From positions 45,425 to 109,424 of the forward strand of contig JBMFMV010000001.1 in assembly GCA_049970495.1 (NCBI GenBank): a DNA stretch of 64,000 bases, read 5' to 3'. Positions within the stretch are counted from its first letter, which is position 1, and the number at the start of each line of letters is the position of its first letter. Below are positions 1 to 10,392 of the stretch, piece after piece. The stretch comes from a bacterium (GTDB lineage Bacteria; DUMJ01). A program made the position numbers and the translations under genes. The notes under the pieces are model-generated. The model did no database searches, was not told the origin of the DNA, and saw only the letters and a list, made by a program, of their open reading frames with translations.

Positions 1-513
1 GATGTTACTGGAGTAGTGGCAATGTATGCCCTCCAGCTTGCATCTGGAACTCCAAGCGCTATAGTTGATTGGAATAATAATTATGGTAATGACCCTAACA
101 AGGCGGTAGTATTCCACTGCAGTAATTATCCGAAGTCTTTCCTAAAAGACCCAAAGATAACATTCCAGGATATTATATCTGGAACAGTAGGTAAAGAGAA
201 TGCCTATGGCTCTTGTGCAGGTAGAATCCCCAGTGGACCAATGACATTTGCAAGAGTCTCCACCAACGATAGTGTAGGAATTATACAGGCTTACATAGGC
301 GAAGGGGAGTTTACTGATGACCCCCTTAATACATTTGGAGGATATGGGGTCGTATACGTAGAAAATCTGCAATCTTTACTAAAATTAATATGTCAGAGAG
401 GGTTTGAACACCATGTTGCCATGAATAGGTCTAAGACCGCTAGGGTCCTCTATGAAGCATTTTCTAATTACCTAGGATGGGACGTATATTGGCATAGAGG
501 AGAAGAAGAGTAG
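1..513 (+). CDS. L-fucose/L-arabinose isomerase-related protein, C-terminal part (truncated by window edge)
   Basis: Frame is open from base 1 (DVTGVVAMYALQLAS...). Motifs FHC, GPMTFAR, YIGEGEFTDDP..TFG..GV and GFEHHVA are typical of the FucI-like C-terminal domain. Confidence 0.75.
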   Translation, partial: DVTGVVAMYALQLASGTPSAIVDWNNNYGNDPNKAVVFHCSNYPKSFLKDPKITFQDIISGTVGKENAYGSCAGRIPSGPMTFARVSTNDSVGIIQAYIGEGEFTDDPLNTFGGYGVVYVENLQSLLKLICQRGFEHHVAMNRSKTARVLYEAFSNYLGWDVYWHRGEEE

Positions 514-518
514 ACTTT

Positions 519-550
519 ATAAGGGAAGGAGAAAATTCTCCTTCCCTTAT
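519..550 (+). terminator. Intrinsic terminator-like hairpin
   Basis: Perfect inverted repeat ATAAGGGAAGGAGAA-AA-TTCTCCTTCCCTTAT right after the stop codon. Confidence 0.7.
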
Positions 551-551
551 C

Positions 552-580
552 TTGTAAGGCTAAGACATTTCTGGTAAAAT
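552..580 (+). promoter_or_regulatory. Sigma70-type promoter (extended -10), probably producing a leaderless mRNA
   Basis: TTGTAA (552-557), 17 bp spacer, TGG-TAAAAT (575-580); ATG follows 6 nt later with no Shine-Dalgarno (SD). Confidence 0.6.
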
Positions 581-586
581 CTCTAT

Positions 587-1480
587 ATGAAAAGAATAGT
601 TAGTATAAGCTTGGGTTCTAGTAAGAGAGACCATAAGGTCTCTTTGTCTATTTTAGGGGAAGAAGTAGTAATAGAAAGAATAGGTACAGACGGAGATATA
701 CAAAAAGCTATAGAAAAGGCAAAAGAGTTAGACGGTAAGGTCTCTGCCATAGGATTAGGAGGTATTGACCTTTATTTTATTATTGGTAATAAAAGATACG
801 TAGTAAGAGATGCCTTAAAGATAAAAAGAGTAATCCAAAAGACTCCGGTAGTAGACGGAAGTACAGTAAAAGATACATTAGAGAGGCAAACGGTAAAAAA
901 ACTGGACGAGCTAATACCTGGAGGGATTGAAGGTAAAAATGTTCTTCTGCCTTCAGCAGTTGATAGATTTGGTATGGCTGAAGTCTTTTACAATCTTGGG
1001 GCAAATATAGTCATAGGGGACCTTATGTTTGCACTTGGGATACCAATACCTATACATAGTATAAAAGTATTAAAATTCTTGGCTTATATACTGCTACCTA
1101 TACTTACTAAACTACCCTTCTATATGTTATACCCTGTAGGTGAAAAGCAAGAAGAGAATACCCCTAAATTTACTAAGTTCTTCCTATGGGCTGATATAAT
1201 AGCTGGAGATTTTATCTACATAAAAAAGTACATGCCAGAAAGATTAGACGGTAAAATTATCCTTACTAATACAGTTACACCAAAAGATAAAGAGCTATTA
1301 AGAGCAAGAGGGGTCAAGTATCTTATAACCACTACCCCTGAATTGGAGGGTAGATCTTTTGGAACTAATGTCTTAGAAGGATTCTTAATAGCTATGCAGG
1401 ATAAGAGGCTTCCTCAGGAGAGTGATGAGGAATTCTTAGAGAGAATAGGATTTAAACCAAGAATAGAGAGGTTGAATTGA
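587..1480 (+). CDS. Conserved protein of unknown function (family often labelled 'quinate 5-dehydrogenase')
   Basis: 297 aa ORF with VSISLGSSKRD, ERIGTDGD, GLGGIDLY, SAVDRFGMAE and GRSFGTNVLE motifs; overlaps the greA reading frame. Confidence 0.65.
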   Translation: MKRIVSISLGSSKRDHKVSLSILGEEVVIERIGTDGDIQKAIEKAKELDGKVSAIGLGGIDLYFIIGNKRYVVRDALKIKRVIQKTPVVDGSTVKDTLERQTVKKLDELIPGGIEGKNVLLPSAVDRFGMAEVFYNLGANIVIGDLMFALGIPIPIHSIKVLKFLAYILLPILTKLPFYMLYPVGEKQEENTPKFTKFFLWADIIAGDFIYIKKYMPERLDGKIILTNTVTPKDKELLRARGVKYLITTTPELEGRSFGTNVLEGFLIAMQDKRLPQESDEEFLERIGFKPRIERLN

Positions 1481-1497
1481 TTCAAAGAGGTGATAAT

Positions 1498-1971
1498 GTG
1501 AAGGATAAAGAAATCTACCTTACTAAGGAGGGTTATGAAGCCCTTTTAAGAGAACTAGAAGACCTCAAAAAGAATAAGCGTAAAGAGGTGACCGAGAAGA
1601 TTAAAGAAGCCAAAGAATTTGGTGACCTCTCGGAAAATGCAGAATACACAGAGGCGAAGAATCAACAGGCTTTTGTAGAAGGAAGAATCCTTACCATAGA
1701 AAAGATACTTAGTAAGGCTAGGATAATAGAGGAAGATGGATACCCTGATAAGGTTTCCTTAGGCTCTAAAGTAAAGGTTTTAAACCTGACAGATAACTCT
1801 GTAGTAGAGTATCATATAGTGAGTTCTCCTGAAGTTAATGTTAGGGAGAATAAAATCTCTGATGAGTCTCCTGTAGGTAGGGCATTAATAGGCGCAGGGA
1901 TAGGAGATGTGATAAGAGTCAAAGTCCCTAAGGGAGAAGTCGAACTTAAAATCCTGGAGATAAGGAGGTAG
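1498..1971 (+). CDS. greA: Transcription elongation factor GreA
   Basis: LTKEGY, GDLSENAEY and IS.ESPVGRALIG motifs; GTG start at 1498 after SD GAGGTG. Confidence 0.97.
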   Translation: MKDKEIYLTKEGYEALLRELEDLKKNKRKEVTEKIKEAKEFGDLSENAEYTEAKNQQAFVEGRILTIEKILSKARIIEEDGYPDKVSLGSKVKVLNLTDNSVVEYHIVSSPEVNVRENKISDESPVGRALIGAGIGDVIRVKVPKGEVELKILEIRR

Positions 1972-1978
1972 AAACAGG

Positions 1979-3352
1979 GTGAGTTTTACTCCGACACACT
2001 CTATAGACGAATTAAAGAGTAAATTTGATGATGTACTTGAACAGACAGTAAGGGTGGCAGGAAGGATTACTGCGATAAGAAGACATGGGAGGTCAATGTT
2101 TTTAGATATAAGAAACATAAAAGATAGGATTCAACTTTATGGGAAGGCAGACGATCTTGGAGATTCTTACGAAGAACTTAAAGAATGTCACGTAGGTGAC
2201 TTTATCGGGGTAGAAGGGACTACATTTAAGACACATACAGGTGAGCCATCTATTAGGATATATAGGTTTTGGATTCTTACTAAAGCATTAAGGCCATTAC
2301 CAGAAAAGTGGCATGGGATAACGGATGTGGAGACTAGATATAGAAGAAGATACTTAGACCTTATAGCTAATGAAAATCCAAGAAGAATCTTTTTACTCCG
2401 ATCTAAGCTTGTAAAAGAGTTAAGAAATTTCTTAGATGCAAAAGGTTTTATAGAAGTTGAGACCCCTATCCTCCATACAGTTCCCGGTGGTGGATTTGCT
2501 CGTCCTTTTATTACTCATCATAATGCCTTAGACATAGACTTATACCTTAGGATAGCCCTAGAACTGTATTTAAAGAGGCTTATAGTTGGTGGATATGAAA
2601 AGGTCTATGAGATAAATAGATGTTTCAGGAATGAAGGTATCTCTACTGTGCACAATCCCGAATTTACTATGATGGAGTTATATCAGGCATATGCAGACTA
2701 CTATACAATGATGGACCTCACTGAAGAGCTAATTATACACCTAGCAAATACACTATTCGGTAAGCCTGTTATATATAAAGATACCGAGGAAATAGATATA
2801 TCTTCACCTTGGGAAAGGAAAGAACTCCTAGATATAGTTATTGAGCATACTGGAATAAATCCGTTGACACTAACTAAAGAAGAGCTTCTAGAATATGCCA
2901 ATAAGCTAGAGATAAAAGTGACTACTGAGGAGAGTCTCTGGGCTAAAGTCCTTATGGAGCTCTTTGAGGAAGAGGTTCAGCCAAAGTTAAAAAAGCCGAC
3001 ATTTATCACTGGTTATCCTGTAGCTATCTCTCCACTTGCAAAAGCCAGAGAAAATGATCCTAGATTCACAGATAGGTTTGAATTGTTTATAGGGGGACTA
3101 GAAATTGCTAATGCGTTCTCTGAACTAAATGACCCTATAGAACAGAGGAAAAGGTTTGAGGACCAGTTAAGAGAAAAGATGATGGGAGAAGAGGAGACCC
3201 ATCCTATGGATGAAGACTTCTTAGAAGCTTTAGAGTATGGTATGCCCCCTACCGGAGGTTTAGGTATAGGGATAGATAGGCTTACTATGCTCTTTGCAAA
3301 TGTAAACTCTATAAGAGAGGTGATACTGTTTCCTCTACAGAGGCCAGAATGA
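1979..3352 (+). CDS. lysS: Lysine--tRNA ligase (class II)
   Basis: OB-fold N-terminus, LRPLPEKWHG, YLRIALELYLKRL, FRNEG, HNPEFTM, YGMPPTGGLGIGIDRL. Confidence 0.97.
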   Translation: MSFTPTHSIDELKSKFDDVLEQTVRVAGRITAIRRHGRSMFLDIRNIKDRIQLYGKADDLGDSYEELKECHVGDFIGVEGTTFKTHTGEPSIRIYRFWILTKALRPLPEKWHGITDVETRYRRRYLDLIANENPRRIFLLRSKLVKELRNFLDAKGFIEVETPILHTVPGGGFARPFITHHNALDIDLYLRIALELYLKRLIVGGYEKVYEINRCFRNEGISTVHNPEFTMMELYQAYADYYTMMDLTEELIIHLANTLFGKPVIYKDTEEIDISSPWERKELLDIVIEHTGINPLTLTKEELLEYANKLEIKVTTEESLWAKVLMELFEEEVQPKLKKPTFITGYPVAISPLAKARENDPRFTDRFELFIGGLEIANAFSELNDPIEQRKRFEDQLREKMMGEEETHPMDEDFLEALEYGMPPTGGLGIGIDRLTMLFANVNSIREVILFPLQRPE

Positions 3353-4716
3353 GTAAGCCTAGTAGAGTCTATAGATGTACAGAGTGCGGTTATACAACCT
3401 CTCATTGGCTTGGTAGATGTCCAAACTGTGATTCATGGAATACGCTAGAAGAGGTTATACTAGAAAAGGGGATGGAAAAGACCAAATCGAGAAGCACCCC
3501 TACAAAAGCCCTAAGTCTCAACGAGATAAAGGCTAAGTCCATAGAGAGGATTACTACCGATTATCCTGAGACTGATAGACTTTTAGGAGGTGGAGTAGTC
3601 CCCGGTTCTGTCCTTTTGATAGGGGGAGAGCCAGGAATAGGGAAGTCTACCCTTATGCTCCAGCTGTCAGAATCCTTCTCAAAAAAGGGGCTAAGGGTTT
3701 TATATAACTGCGCAGAAGAGTCTGTTTATCAGATAGGTTTAAGGGCTAGTAGATTGAATATCAAAGGGGAAAACATTAGGATAATAAGCGAGGTTAGTCT
3801 AGATAATGCAATAGCTACTTATGAAGAGGTTAAACCAGATATATTTATTATAGATTCTATTCAGGCGGTAAAAGATGAGTCTTTGCCTACTCAACCTGGA
3901 ACAGTAACACAAATAAAGCTATGCACCTCTAAGATTATTGACCTAGCTAAAAGGGATAATAGTGTAGCCTTTATAACAGGACATGTTACAAAGGAAGGGA
4001 TATTAGCAGGTCCTAAGACCCTAGAACATATGGTCGATGGAGTTTTCTATTTCGAAGGCGATAGGGACGGAATGGTAAGACTCTTACGTGCAGTCAAGAA
4101 TAGGTATGGGGATACAAATGAGGTAGCTTTTATGGAAATGACCCCTGAAGGACTCAAAGAGATGACAAACCCTTCGCTATTCTTTGTTAGGGAAGGGCTG
4201 GGTTTAACTCCAGGTGCCACTATAGGTGTGATAATGGAAGGAACAAGGCCTATACTAGTAGAAGTTCAGGCTCTAGTGGCTCGTTCAGTGTATGCAGTTC
4301 CAAGAAGGGTTGTCCAAGGTATAGATTTTAATAGGTTTTCTTTTATACTGGCTGTTCTAGAAAAACTTTTACAGTTACCACTTTTCAATAAGGATGTATT
4401 TTTAAATATACCCGGAGGAGTTACGGTAAAGGACCCTGCCATAGACCTACCAGTAGCCCTAGCAGTTATATCTAGTACTTTAGAGGTTCCACTAACTTCT
4501 GAGTTATTTAGCTTTGGAGAGATAGGACTTACTGGTGAGATAAGACAGGTAATGTGGTATGAAAAAAGGGTAGAGATAGCACTGAGATTAGGGTATAGTG
4601 AAGGATTTGTCCCGCTAAAAAAGAAAGAAGACAGTTCTGGTGTGAGAGGAGTAAGAACCTTAAAGGAGGTGTATGACTTAGTAAGAGATGCCAGAATCCA
4701 CGCTAGACTTATATAG
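3349..4716 (+). CDS. radA: DNA repair protein RadA/Sms
   Basis: C4 zinc finger (CTECG...CPNC), Walker A GEPGIGKST, KNRYG, Lon-like C-terminus. Confidence 0.97.
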   Translation: MSKPSRVYRCTECGYTTSHWLGRCPNCDSWNTLEEVILEKGMEKTKSRSTPTKALSLNEIKAKSIERITTDYPETDRLLGGGVVPGSVLLIGGEPGIGKSTLMLQLSESFSKKGLRVLYNCAEESVYQIGLRASRLNIKGENIRIISEVSLDNAIATYEEVKPDIFIIDSIQAVKDESLPTQPGTVTQIKLCTSKIIDLAKRDNSVAFITGHVTKEGILAGPKTLEHMVDGVFYFEGDRDGMVRLLRAVKNRYGDTNEVAFMEMTPEGLKEMTNPSLFFVREGLGLTPGATIGVIMEGTRPILVEVQALVARSVYAVPRRVVQGIDFNRFSFILAVLEKLLQLPLFNKDVFLNIPGGVTVKDPAIDLPVALAVISSTLEVPLTSELFSFGEIGLTGEIRQVMWYEKRVEIALRLGYSEGFVPLKKKEDSSGVRGVRTLKEVYDLVRDARIHARLI

Positions 4717-5785
4717 TGCACTAAAACTTACCGCTCCGGGAACTCCTCTAAGAGAAGGTTTAGATAGGATATTAAGCGCAAAAATGGGAGCCCTTATAGT
4801 AGTTGGTGGAAAATTAGAAGTCCTTAATAGTATTATGAGTGGCGGTTTTACTTTAAACTGTGACTTTACACCAGAATCTCTCTATGAGCTGGCTAAAATG
4901 GATGGAGCTATAGTAATCTCTGAAGACCTAAAAAAGATACTATATGCTAATGTTCAACTATCTCCAGATGTCTCTATCCCCACCACTGAACCTGGGACTA
5001 GACATAGAACAGCAGAAAGGACCGCTAAACAGGTTGGTTCTTTAGTCATAGCAATCTCAGAAAGAAGGGAGATAATATCTCTCTATATTGGAAATATAAG
5101 ATATATTCTTCAAGATATAAGAAACCTGTTAGTTAAAGCTAACCAAGGGTTACAAGTCTTAGAGAGATATAGACTCATATTAGATCAAGCAATGTCTAAT
5201 CTTACCACACTAGAACTTGAAGATAGTGTCACCTTCCTTGATGTGCTTTGGAGTTTATATCGAATTGAGATGGTCCTTCGTATAGCTCAAGAGATAGAAA
5301 GATACGTAATAGAGTTAGGAGTTGAAGGAAGACTAGTCAGGATGCAGCTAGATGAGCTTATTGGAGGAGTAAATGAAGAGGAGATTCTCCTTATTAAGGA
5401 CTACATAAGAGAGGGGCTAAATCCTGAGAGCATCAAAGAAGAGATAAGAAAGAAAAATCTAAATGAAATACTAAATACAAGTATAATGTCGAATATACTA
5501 GGTATATCCGATTCTATAACCTTTACAGATATAAATCTTAGGTGTAGAGGCTATAGAATCTTAAGTTATATAGCGCGTCTTCCTTCGTCTGTTATAGAGA
5601 ATCTAATAAATTATTTTGGTAATCTACAAAATATCCTTAAGGCTGATATACCTCAGTTAGATGAGGTAGAAGGGATAGGGGAAATAAGAGCTAAAAACAT
5701 AAAGGATGGTTTAAGAAGAATTAGAGAACAGAGTAGCAGAGGGATTCCTCCTCTCAGACTAGGAGACCTAGGGAGAGCCAGGTGA
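4688..5785 (+). CDS. disA: DNA integrity scanning diadenylate cyclase DisA
   Basis: ELAKMDGA and GTRHRTAER diadenylate cyclase motifs, C-terminal HhH (VEGIGE); follows radA. Confidence 0.97.
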   Translation: MPESTLDLYSALKLTAPGTPLREGLDRILSAKMGALIVVGGKLEVLNSIMSGGFTLNCDFTPESLYELAKMDGAIVISEDLKKILYANVQLSPDVSIPTTEPGTRHRTAERTAKQVGSLVIAISERREIISLYIGNIRYILQDIRNLLVKANQGLQVLERYRLILDQAMSNLTTLELEDSVTFLDVLWSLYRIEMVLRIAQEIERYVIELGVEGRLVRMQLDELIGGVNEEEILLIKDYIREGLNPESIKEEIRKKNLNEILNTSIMSNILGISDSITFTDINLRCRGYRILSYIARLPSSVIENLINYFGNLQNILKADIPQLDEVEGIGEIRAKNIKDGLRRIREQSSRGIPPLRLGDLGRAR

Positions 5786-6462
5786 ATATAGGAGTAATTG
5801 TAGCATCTGCTGGTCAGTCAAAAAGATTGGGCCATAATAAGGTATTAATGGAGTTAAGGGGTAAACCTGTATTACTTTTTTCCTTAGAGAAATTTATCAA
5901 ACTTAGTTCGCTTTCAGAGTTGGTTATAGTTATAAGACCACAAGATGAAGAAGATGTAAGGAATATACTTTCTAAAGCCGGTATTAGTGAGTCTATAGTA
6001 AAGATAATCCATGGAGGAAAAGAAAGACAGGATTCAGTATATAGGGGACTTATGGCACTCACATCTTCAGATATAGTAATGGTCCATGATGGGGCAAGAC
6101 CATTTATAAGTTATGAGTTAATTGTCAAACTCATAGAAGAGGTAGAGATACATCCGGCAGTTATCCCTGCACTACCAGTTAAGGAGACAATCAAGGTAGT
6201 AAAAGATGGTTATGTAGAGTCTACACTGAAAAGAGAATTGCTCTGGAGTGTTCAGACCCCCCAGGTATTTAGATATAAGATTCTACTTGAGGCGTATGAG
6301 AAGGCGTATCAGGATAAGTTCTATGGTACAGATGATGCCTCTCTAGTAGAAAGATTAGGATATAAGATCAGGGTAATTGAAGGAGAGTACACAAATCTAA
6401 AGATAACCACTAAAGAAGACCTACTTTTAGCTCATAGATATCTTGAGCTATTAGGTATATGA
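5782..6462 (+). CDS. ispD: 2-C-methyl-D-erythritol 4-phosphate cytidylyltransferase
   Basis: GGKERQDSV, VHDGARP, VQTPQVF, TDDASLVE, NLKITT. Confidence 0.96.
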   Translation: MNIGVIVASAGQSKRLGHNKVLMELRGKPVLLFSLEKFIKLSSLSELVIVIRPQDEEDVRNILSKAGISESIVKIIHGGKERQDSVYRGLMALTSSDIVMVHDGARPFISYELIVKLIEEVEIHPAVIPALPVKETIKVVKDGYVESTLKRELLWSVQTPQVFRYKILLEAYEKAYQDKFYGTDDASLVERLGYKIRVIEGEYTNLKITTKEDLLLAHRYLELLGI

Positions 6463-6932
6463 GAATAGGGATAGGTTATGATGTCCATCCGATAGTAAAT
6501 GGTAGGAAACTCTTTCTTGGAGGTATTGAGATCCCTTGTGATTTTGGCCTCTATGGGCACTCAGATGCAGATGTTCTGATCCATGCAATATCTGATGCTA
6601 TCTTAGGTGCAGCCGGTCTACCTGATATAGGCTTCTTTTTTCCAAATACTCCAGAGTATAAAGACATATCTAGTTGTGTTATACTAGAAAAGGTAAAGGA
6701 AAAGATAGATAAAGATTATACTATAGTAAACATAGACAGTATAATCATAGCAGAAAAACCAAAGATAGGCCCATACGTTGATATTATGAAAGAGAGATTA
6801 GCCAGCATCTTAAAGATAAACCCAGGTTCTATCGGAATAAAAGCAACTACTAATGAAAGACTCGGCTTTGTAGGTAGGGAAGAAGGGATAGTAGCGATTG
6901 CTGTAGTATTATTAGACGAAAGGAGGACTTGA
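6459..6932 (+). CDS. ispF: 2-C-methyl-D-erythritol 2,4-cyclodiphosphate synthase
   Basis: MRIGIGYDVH, GHSDADVLIHA, KATTNERLGFVGREEGI. Confidence 0.97.
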   Translation: MRIGIGYDVHPIVNGRKLFLGGIEIPCDFGLYGHSDADVLIHAISDAILGAAGLPDIGFFFPNTPEYKDISSCVILEKVKEKIDKDYTIVNIDSIIIAEKPKIGPYVDIMKERLASILKINPGSIGIKATTNERLGFVGREEGIVAIAVVLLDERRT

Positions 6933-8332
6933 TGAGTGTAAGGGTCAGATTTGCACCTAGCCCTAGTGGAAGTTTACATATAGGAAATGTAAGAACTGCT
7001 CTTTTTAATTGGCTATTTGCTAGAAAAAATGGAGGAACATTCATACTACGAATAGAAGATACAGATGTAGAGCGCACTTATCAATCTGCTTATCAGGGTA
7101 TCTTAGAGGATCTCTTGTGGTTGGGACTAAACTGGGATGAAGGACCTTATAAACAGAGTGAAAGGCTTGATATATATAAAAGTTATGCCCTCAAGTTTTT
7201 AGAGGAAGGGCTAGCATATAAATGTTTCTGCTCCGCAGAGGAGTTAGAGAGAGAAAGAGAGGAGGCTATAAAAGAAGGTAGACCTCCTCGTTATAGTGGG
7301 AGGTGTGCCAATCTTTCCCTTAAAGAGGTTTCTGAATTAGAGGCAAAAGGTATTCCATATTCTATAAGATTTAGAATTCCAAAAGACGCTTACTTTGTAG
7401 TTGATGATATTATAAGAGGTAGAATAGAATTTGATGTAAATGCCATAACGGGAGATTTTATCATACTTCGTTCTGACGGGATGCCTACTTATAACTTTGC
7501 AGTAGTTATAGACGATTACCTTATGGATATTACACATGTAATAAGGGGTGAAGACCATCTCTCTAATACACCTAGACAGTTACTTATCTATAAAGCTCTA
7601 GGGGTTAATCCTCCTAGATTTGCACATCTACCTATGATTGTTGGGAGTGACCGATCCAAACTTTCAAAAAGAGAAGGGGCGCTTTCTGTAAAAGAGCTAA
7701 GAGAACAGGGCTTCTTGCCTGAAGGTGTGGTAAACTATTTAGCATTATTAGGGTGGAGTCCAAAGGGAGATGAGATAAAGACATTAGACAAACTTGTAGA
7801 AGAATTTTCTCTAGAGGAAGTCTCTCCAAGCCCATCTGCATATGATCCTGCCAAGTTAAGGTGGATAAACAGACAACATATCATAAGGCTTAATGGGGAA
7901 AGACTTTTAGAGTATGTAAGACCCTTCTTAAATGGGATAGGTGATTATCCAAAGGATTGGTTATTAAAAGCTATTCTCTCCATAAGAGAGTATGCAGAGA
8001 CACTTAGAGAAATACCAGAGTATCTCAAAAAGTACTATCTTAGTGATGTCTCTCTAAATGAGAGCCATAAAGAAGAGTTAGCCTTAGGAAAGAAGGGTAT
8101 AGAAGTATTCTTGAATCTATTAAAAGAGACCGAAGATCTAAATACCATAGATAGTATATTTAAAGAGGCAATTAAGATATCAGGACTTAAGGGAAGAAAA
8201 TTCTATCATCCCATAAGATTAGCACTCACTGGTTATGAATCTGGACCGGAACTGGTGGAATTTATCCCAATACTTGGTAAAGATAAATGTATAGAGAGAT
8301 TAGAAAAAGCCTTAAGATTTCTGGAGGAGTAA
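6929..8332 (+). CDS. gltX: Glutamate--tRNA ligase
   Basis: RFAPSPSG.LHIGN, RIEDTD, IRGEDH, KLSKR. Confidence 0.97.
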   Translation: MMSVRVRFAPSPSGSLHIGNVRTALFNWLFARKNGGTFILRIEDTDVERTYQSAYQGILEDLLWLGLNWDEGPYKQSERLDIYKSYALKFLEEGLAYKCFCSAEELEREREEAIKEGRPPRYSGRCANLSLKEVSELEAKGIPYSIRFRIPKDAYFVVDDIIRGRIEFDVNAITGDFIILRSDGMPTYNFAVVIDDYLMDITHVIRGEDHLSNTPRQLLIYKALGVNPPRFAHLPMIVGSDRSKLSKREGALSVKELREQGFLPEGVVNYLALLGWSPKGDEIKTLDKLVEEFSLEEVSPSPSAYDPAKLRWINRQHIIRLNGERLLEYVRPFLNGIGDYPKDWLLKAILSIREYAETLREIPEYLKKYYLSDVSLNESHKEELALGKKGIEVFLNLLKETEDLNTIDSIFKEAIKISGLKGRKFYHPIRLALTGYESGPELVEFIPILGKDKCIERLEKALRFLEE

Positions 8333-8333
8333 A

Positions 8334-9716
8334 TTGAGATTATATAATACATTAACCAGAAATGAAGACGAATTTCTGCCTAAGAAACACAATATGGTGA
8401 GGATGTATGTATGTGGGGTAACACCTTATGACTACTGCCATATAGGTCATGGGAGGTCTTATCTAGTATACGATATTCTGTATAGATTCTTAGAATCAGA
8501 AGGATTTAAAGTCCTCTGGGTACAGAACTTTACCGATATAGATGATAAGATAATAAATAGGGCGAATGAACTAGGTATATCTCCGAAAGAGCTAGCTGAC
8601 AGATTTATCTCTGAATATTTTACAGATATGGATATGTTTGGTATAAGTAGGGCGTTTATATATCCCAGAGTTACAGAACATATTGAAGAGATTATCGAGT
8701 TTATAGGAAAGATTATAGAGAAGGGATACGCGTATGAATCAGAAGGTGATGTATATTTCTCCGTGAAAAGTTATTCTCACTATGGAAAACTCTCCAGACG
8801 CTCTTTAGAAGAGATGATAGCAGGAGCTAGAGTAGACCCTAGTGAAAAAAAGAGAGACCCATTGGACTTTGCCCTCTGGAAATCGGCAAAACCTGGAGAA
8901 CCTTATTGGGAAAGTCCTTGGGGTAAGGGAAGGCCAGGATGGCATATAGAATGCTCTGTTATGTCTCTTTTATACTTGGGAGAGGAGATAGACATCCACG
9001 GAGGAGGAGCAGACCTTATATTCCCGCACCATGAGAATGAAAAGGCTCAGGCAGAAGCGGTTATAGGTGATGGAAAATTTGTCAGGTTCTGGATACATAA
9101 TGGGCTGGTAAATCTAAAATCAGAGAAGATGTCTAAATCAACTGGAAACTTTATAATCTTAAGAGAAGTATTAAGCTCTTATAAGCCTGAAGTCCTTAGG
9201 CTATATCTTCTACAGACTCATTATAGAAGCCCACTAGACTTTGACCCACAAGCCCTTGAGGATACAGAAAGGGCTTACTCAAGGATAGAAGATACTATAA
9301 AGCTCTTAGCTCATATACCGGATCCGCCATCATCCCCTTATGATCAGGCATTCTTTGATTTTAGAAATGCCCTCTCTAATGACCTTAATACACCCCAAGC
9401 TATTGGGGTTCTCTTCTCTTACCTAAGAGAGAATAGACCTATATTAGATAAAGGGACATGGGATCCAATATTACCAGTATTTAAGTTTAATCTAATCAAG
9501 ATGTGCAAGATACTTGGATTTAAAATCCCAGAATTGACCAAAACCTTGTTTGATGTCGAAAAGCTTAGAGAAGTAATGGAGGTTATAATAAAGATAAGGG
9601 ATAAACTTAGGCAGGAGAAGAGATTTGATCTTAGTGATGAAATTAGGAATAGTCTAAACAATATAGGTATCGTACTAGAAGATACAAAGGAAGGTACTAG
9701 ATGGAAGATGAATTAA
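8334..9716 (+). CDS. cysS: Cysteine--tRNA ligase
   Basis: [42 protein letters not shown]. Confidence 0.97.
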   Translation: MRLYNTLTRNEDEFLPKKHNMVRMYVCGVTPYDYCHIGHGRSYLVYDILYRFLESEGFKVLWVQNFTDIDDKIINRANELGISPKELADRFISEYFTDMDMFGISRAFIYPRVTEHIEEIIEFIGKIIEKGYAYESEGDVYFSVKSYSHYGKLSRRSLEEMIAGARVDPSEKKRDPLDFALWKSAKPGEPYWESPWGKGRPGWHIECSVMSLLYLGEEIDIHGGGADLIFPHHENEKAQAEAVIGDGKFVRFWIHNGLVNLKSEKMSKSTGNFIILREVLSSYKPEVLRLYLLQTHYRSPLDFDPQALEDTERAYSRIEDTIKLLAHIPDPPSSPYDQAFFDFRNALSNDLNTPQAIGVLFSYLRENRPILDKGTWDPILPVFKFNLIKMCKILGFKIPELTKTLFDVEKLREVMEVIIKIRDKLRQEKRFDLSDEIRNSLNNIGIVLEDTKEGTRWKMN

Positions 9717-10390
9717 AGATAGAGGGGAAGAATGCTGTAACAGAGGCTTTGAAATCTGGTATCAGTATTCAAAAGATACAGATAGATAAAAGGCTAGTTC
9801 CAAGATATGGAGATATTATTTCTCATGCCAAACAGATGAGGATACCTGTTCAAGAGGTCCCATCATTGAAAGCCAAACAGGGTATATTGGCATATGTATT
9901 CCCTGTAGAACCAAAAGATATAGACTATTTTTTTGACAAACATTTTGTTGTTCTAGCTGATGGGGTTGAAGATCCTCATAATCTTGGAGCAATAATGAGA
10001 ACAGCAGAGTGTGCAGGGGTTGATGGGATAGTTCTCCCTAAGCATCGCTCGGCTATAATCTCTGAAGGTCTTATAAGTTCTTCTGCAGGTGCTGTATTTC
10101 ATCTTCCTTTTGCAGTTGTCACCAATACTGCACAGGCGGTAGACAAATTTATAGAGAGAGGCTTCTTTATATTGGGAGCAGACGCAAGTGGAGAACCATT
10201 CTTTAGTATAGAGATTCGCTTTCCTCTACTTTTGATAATTGGGGGAGAGGACAAAGGACTTAGACCTATAATGAAGAGAAGGTGTGATAAGCTTATTGGG
10301 ATTCCTATGTTGGGCAAGATAACATCGCTTAATACATCGGTATCCGCTGGAATTATCATATATGAGATAAAAAGTAGGGATTGGAGGTGA
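9701..10390 (+). CDS. rlmB: 23S rRNA Gm2251 methyltransferase (SpoU/TrmH family)
   Basis: EDPHNLGAIMRTA, GGEDKG, IPMLGKITSLNTSVS; located after cysS. Confidence 0.88.
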   Translation: MEDELKIEGKNAVTEALKSGISIQKIQIDKRLVPRYGDIISHAKQMRIPVQEVPSLKAKQGILAYVFPVEPKDIDYFFDKHFVVLADGVEDPHNLGAIMRTAECAGVDGIVLPKHRSAIISEGLISSSAGAVFHLPFAVVTNTAQAVDKFIERGFFILGADASGEPFFSIEIRFPLLLIIGGEDKGLRPIMKRRCDKLIGIPMLGKITSLNTSVSAGIIIYEIKSRDWR

Positions 10391-10392
10391 TT

